NCBI RefSeq assembly: GCF_018350175.1
Contig: NC_058368.1
Location: forward strand, 152,894,001 to 152,958,000
DNA: 64,000 nucleotides
Direction of reading: 5' to 3'
From: Felis catus
Taxonomy: Eukaryota
In this document: positions 61,336 through 64,000 of the stretch, in pieces
Layout of the letters: each line of letters opens with the position of its first letter
Position numbering within the stretch: position 1 is the stretch's first letter
The notes under the pieces: model-generated
The model's input: the letters and a program-made list of their open reading frames with translations, nothing else
Told to the model about the DNA's origin: nothing
The model's database searches: none
Program-made: the position numbers and the translations under genes

Positions 61336-63349
61336 TCCCTCAGTCTTTATTGATTCCTTTCCTTCAACACACCAGTTTTCCATGTCATTTCTTCCTTTCA
61401 GAAATCAACTTCGAGCAGATACTCCATTACTCACTTGCTTGTCCTCTCTTCTCTCACCACGCACCTCTGGAAACTTACAGATTATACCTGTTCTGTGAAC
61501 TTTCTAACAGATTTTGAAATCCTTGATCTTTCATCAAACTCTTCTGATTGACCAAAGACCAGATTCTTTCCACATAGTTTATTTAGTTGGGAGAAAGAGT
61601 TTCTGTAGCTATTCCATTCTTAAGCCAGTAACACATGTTGCCTCCCGGCTACAGTGTGCTACCTTTTAACTGAGAAATCCTAATGCCTCATTTTCCCCTA
61701 ATATATTTGCTCTGGCCATTTAATCCCATGTTTTAATATATGTACATCCATGTAAGTGCCTGTCATTGATTTTTAACACCTAGAGGACAATCCCTGCCTT
61801 ATACTTTTACAATTAGGTTCTAAATGAATGTTTTTTAAGTGACGATAGCATTTTAATTCCAATGTAGTAGACAGTGGCTTATATGGTAAGAATTATAATC
61901 ACAATTTCACCCATAATCAGGTTGTTTTCTCCTCACATGTTAAGGTGATGATGTACCTGAGTTTTTCTGAAAGCAGCACTCTGCTCTCATTGTTCAAGGG
62001 CTGGCCTCTTTACCACACTGAGTTTACCAAGCTTTCCACTATGCCAACATCATACCGTCACCATTCTACCACATGCGACACCTCTTTCCCAATATTGGAA
62101 AGCCACTTTTGTGTTAGAAACTCTTTGGAAAGGGATGGGAAAATCCTTTATTTTAGGGGAAAAATGACATCCCATTTACTTACTAATAAATCTAGAATTT
62201 CCATTGAGCTGACTTTAATAGTATGTTTTTATGAACCATGTTTAGCAAAGGGAATTAATTTCCTTTCAGTATCACCATGGACTTTTAGAAACCAAGAATG
62301 ATTTATTTTGTTTTGTGTCTAAGATTAACCAAGTTAAGAATGGAAAAATCCTATTAGATCATAAGAGACTGTTCCCTTCCCCACTGCAGGATTATGTGCT
62401 ACAGTATATTTCCTAATCTTTGTTCTTTTTAATAACATTCTTCCTGTATTCATTTCAAAGTCATTACCCCAAAATATTTCCATGAAATTATATTGTGCGT
62501 GATTTCAGATAGAGATAAATTTCTTATGTTTGTTTTATAATACACACCAAAGTTTATTTTTTTTAAATACTGAGCAACATTTATCTCTTTCAAATGGAAC
62601 AATCATAGTAGTGTCTCTGTGAGTTTAAATAATAACAGTATTTTCTTGTACTTGAGTAACTTGCAGTATAATTTTGGAATAGTAATATTTTGTTTGGAAC
62701 ACAGTGTGGACTGTGGGTCATTTGTCAGATACACTTTACAAAGAAATCAGAATGTACCCTAAATGGAGAGAGGGAAGCAGATCAGGGGTGTGTTTTCTTC
62801 TTTGGCTTTCTGTTTTTTGATACAAAAAAGGTGGAATCGATAGACTAATGATCCATTGGTACATGAATAACTTAAATAATAAAGTAGTAGTCTATATTCT
62901 CAAGTAGTGTAGAGATGTACAGGTGGACCTGTCAGACTTCAGCAGGTGACTTCTGCTGTGGTTCATGATTCCCAGATGGTATCCAGCCAGCACTTAATCT
63001 GTTCAAAGTTAAGTAAGTAAGATCTATCCACAAAATATAAGTAGGAAATAGTATAAACTAAATTAATCAGCAAATTAGTTATTAGGTACGTCATTATTTA
63101 ATACATTAAATAGTGCTACTGTGGACATTTGTCTTTCAACCTAATGGTGTGTGTGTTTTGAATTTTTCTCAAAGATAGTTTGAAAATCATCTGGCTTTTG
63201 AAAAAACAAACTAGCTAACTTGGGAAACAAAAGAATAAGCCCAAATGTTATATATCACTTAAGTTGGATTTGCGTATTATCTTATTAACAGTCGGCAATT
63301 AAAAAGTCACCTAAATTAATAAGTGTTACTTTTTTCCACGAACCCAGGG

Positions 63350-63812
63350 AAAATCTACTAGTTTACTACTTAAAAACTGGCCATGGCTCCTCAGTGCATC
63401 CCAGATGAAGTCTAAACTCCTTGGCATAGCATATGCTCCAGTACCCACTGATGCTCAGTCTCCCCTTGCATCCCTTCTCTTTGGCACATCTCCCTCCTGC
63501 CCCTCACCCGTATTCCACTGCTCTCCTGTCTTTACCACTGGGGATTCTGCTGCCACCTGCAACTTTTTCTTTCTTTGCCTGATGTATTACTACTCATTCT
63601 TCATGCCTAGCGTCAAATGGCTGGGTAGTTTTTCTGGGCTTGATGAGGTGCCCCTGAAATATTTTATATTCTCTGGCTTTTTCTAAGGGTGAAATGATGC
63701 TTTTTTCATGTCTCTATCCCTGTGTTCATCTGCGCCACTGTGTGCTAAGTATTTGACAGCAGGTGTATTAAAGGTATTTATGGAATTTGTCAGTAAATTA
63801 ATGAATGAATGT
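63350..63812 (+). mobile_element. L2 3' fragment
   Basis: catggctcctcagtgc...aagtctaaactccttggcatagcat; ends ...aattaatgaatgaat. Confidence 0.65.
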
Positions 63813-64000
63813 TATAGTAATCCATCCGTGGTTGGATACTACTAATCAATACTTTAATGACTAGTATCCAGTATTTTCTAGTTCTTCATATTTCACACAA
63901 GTGAAACAATTTGTGCCTATTGTATTTTGGTACAGAAGCCATTTTTTTTTATTTGTTCACCTTTGCTGTGAATTCAATGGCAGAATTTTACTCTAATTAT

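Larger units (their letters stand above)
19498..64000 (+). other. ADGRV1: 5' part of a very long ADGRV1 intron (more than 44 kb within this window)
   Basis: Begins gtaaga; the next expected exon (ILFLASAYASPQL...) was not seen in the ORF track or by reading; AT-rich and repeat-dense. Confidence 0.85.

Overview
Mammalian genomic DNA from a carnivore, most likely a felid given the young cat-type CanSINE (SINEC_Fc-like) copies. The window lies inside ADGRV1 (VLGR1/GPR98) on the + strand. Five coding exons (1420-1604, 6704-6953, 7472-7611, 9354-9514, 19397-19497; 837 nt, 279 codons) have canonical AG/GT sites and matching phases. They encode the GAIN domain, GPS/Stachel, TM1, ICL1 and the start of TM2, and their sizes match human exons 79-83 as I recall them. 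Everything after 19497 appears to be one very long intron; I did not find the next exon. The rest is about 32 tRNA-derived CanSINEs, L1/L2/MIR fragments, MER/Tigger DNA transposons, MaLR LTRs, microsatellites and small tandem duplications. Most ORFs in the track are repeat-derived or spurious. I found no new multi-gene system. The best lead is the GPS motif, which reads [13 protein letters not shown]: the catalytic His appears replaced by Tyr and the Stachel +3 aromatic by His, which could mean a cleavage-deficient ADGRV1 in this lineage. Repeat family names and human comparisons come from memory, not from a search.
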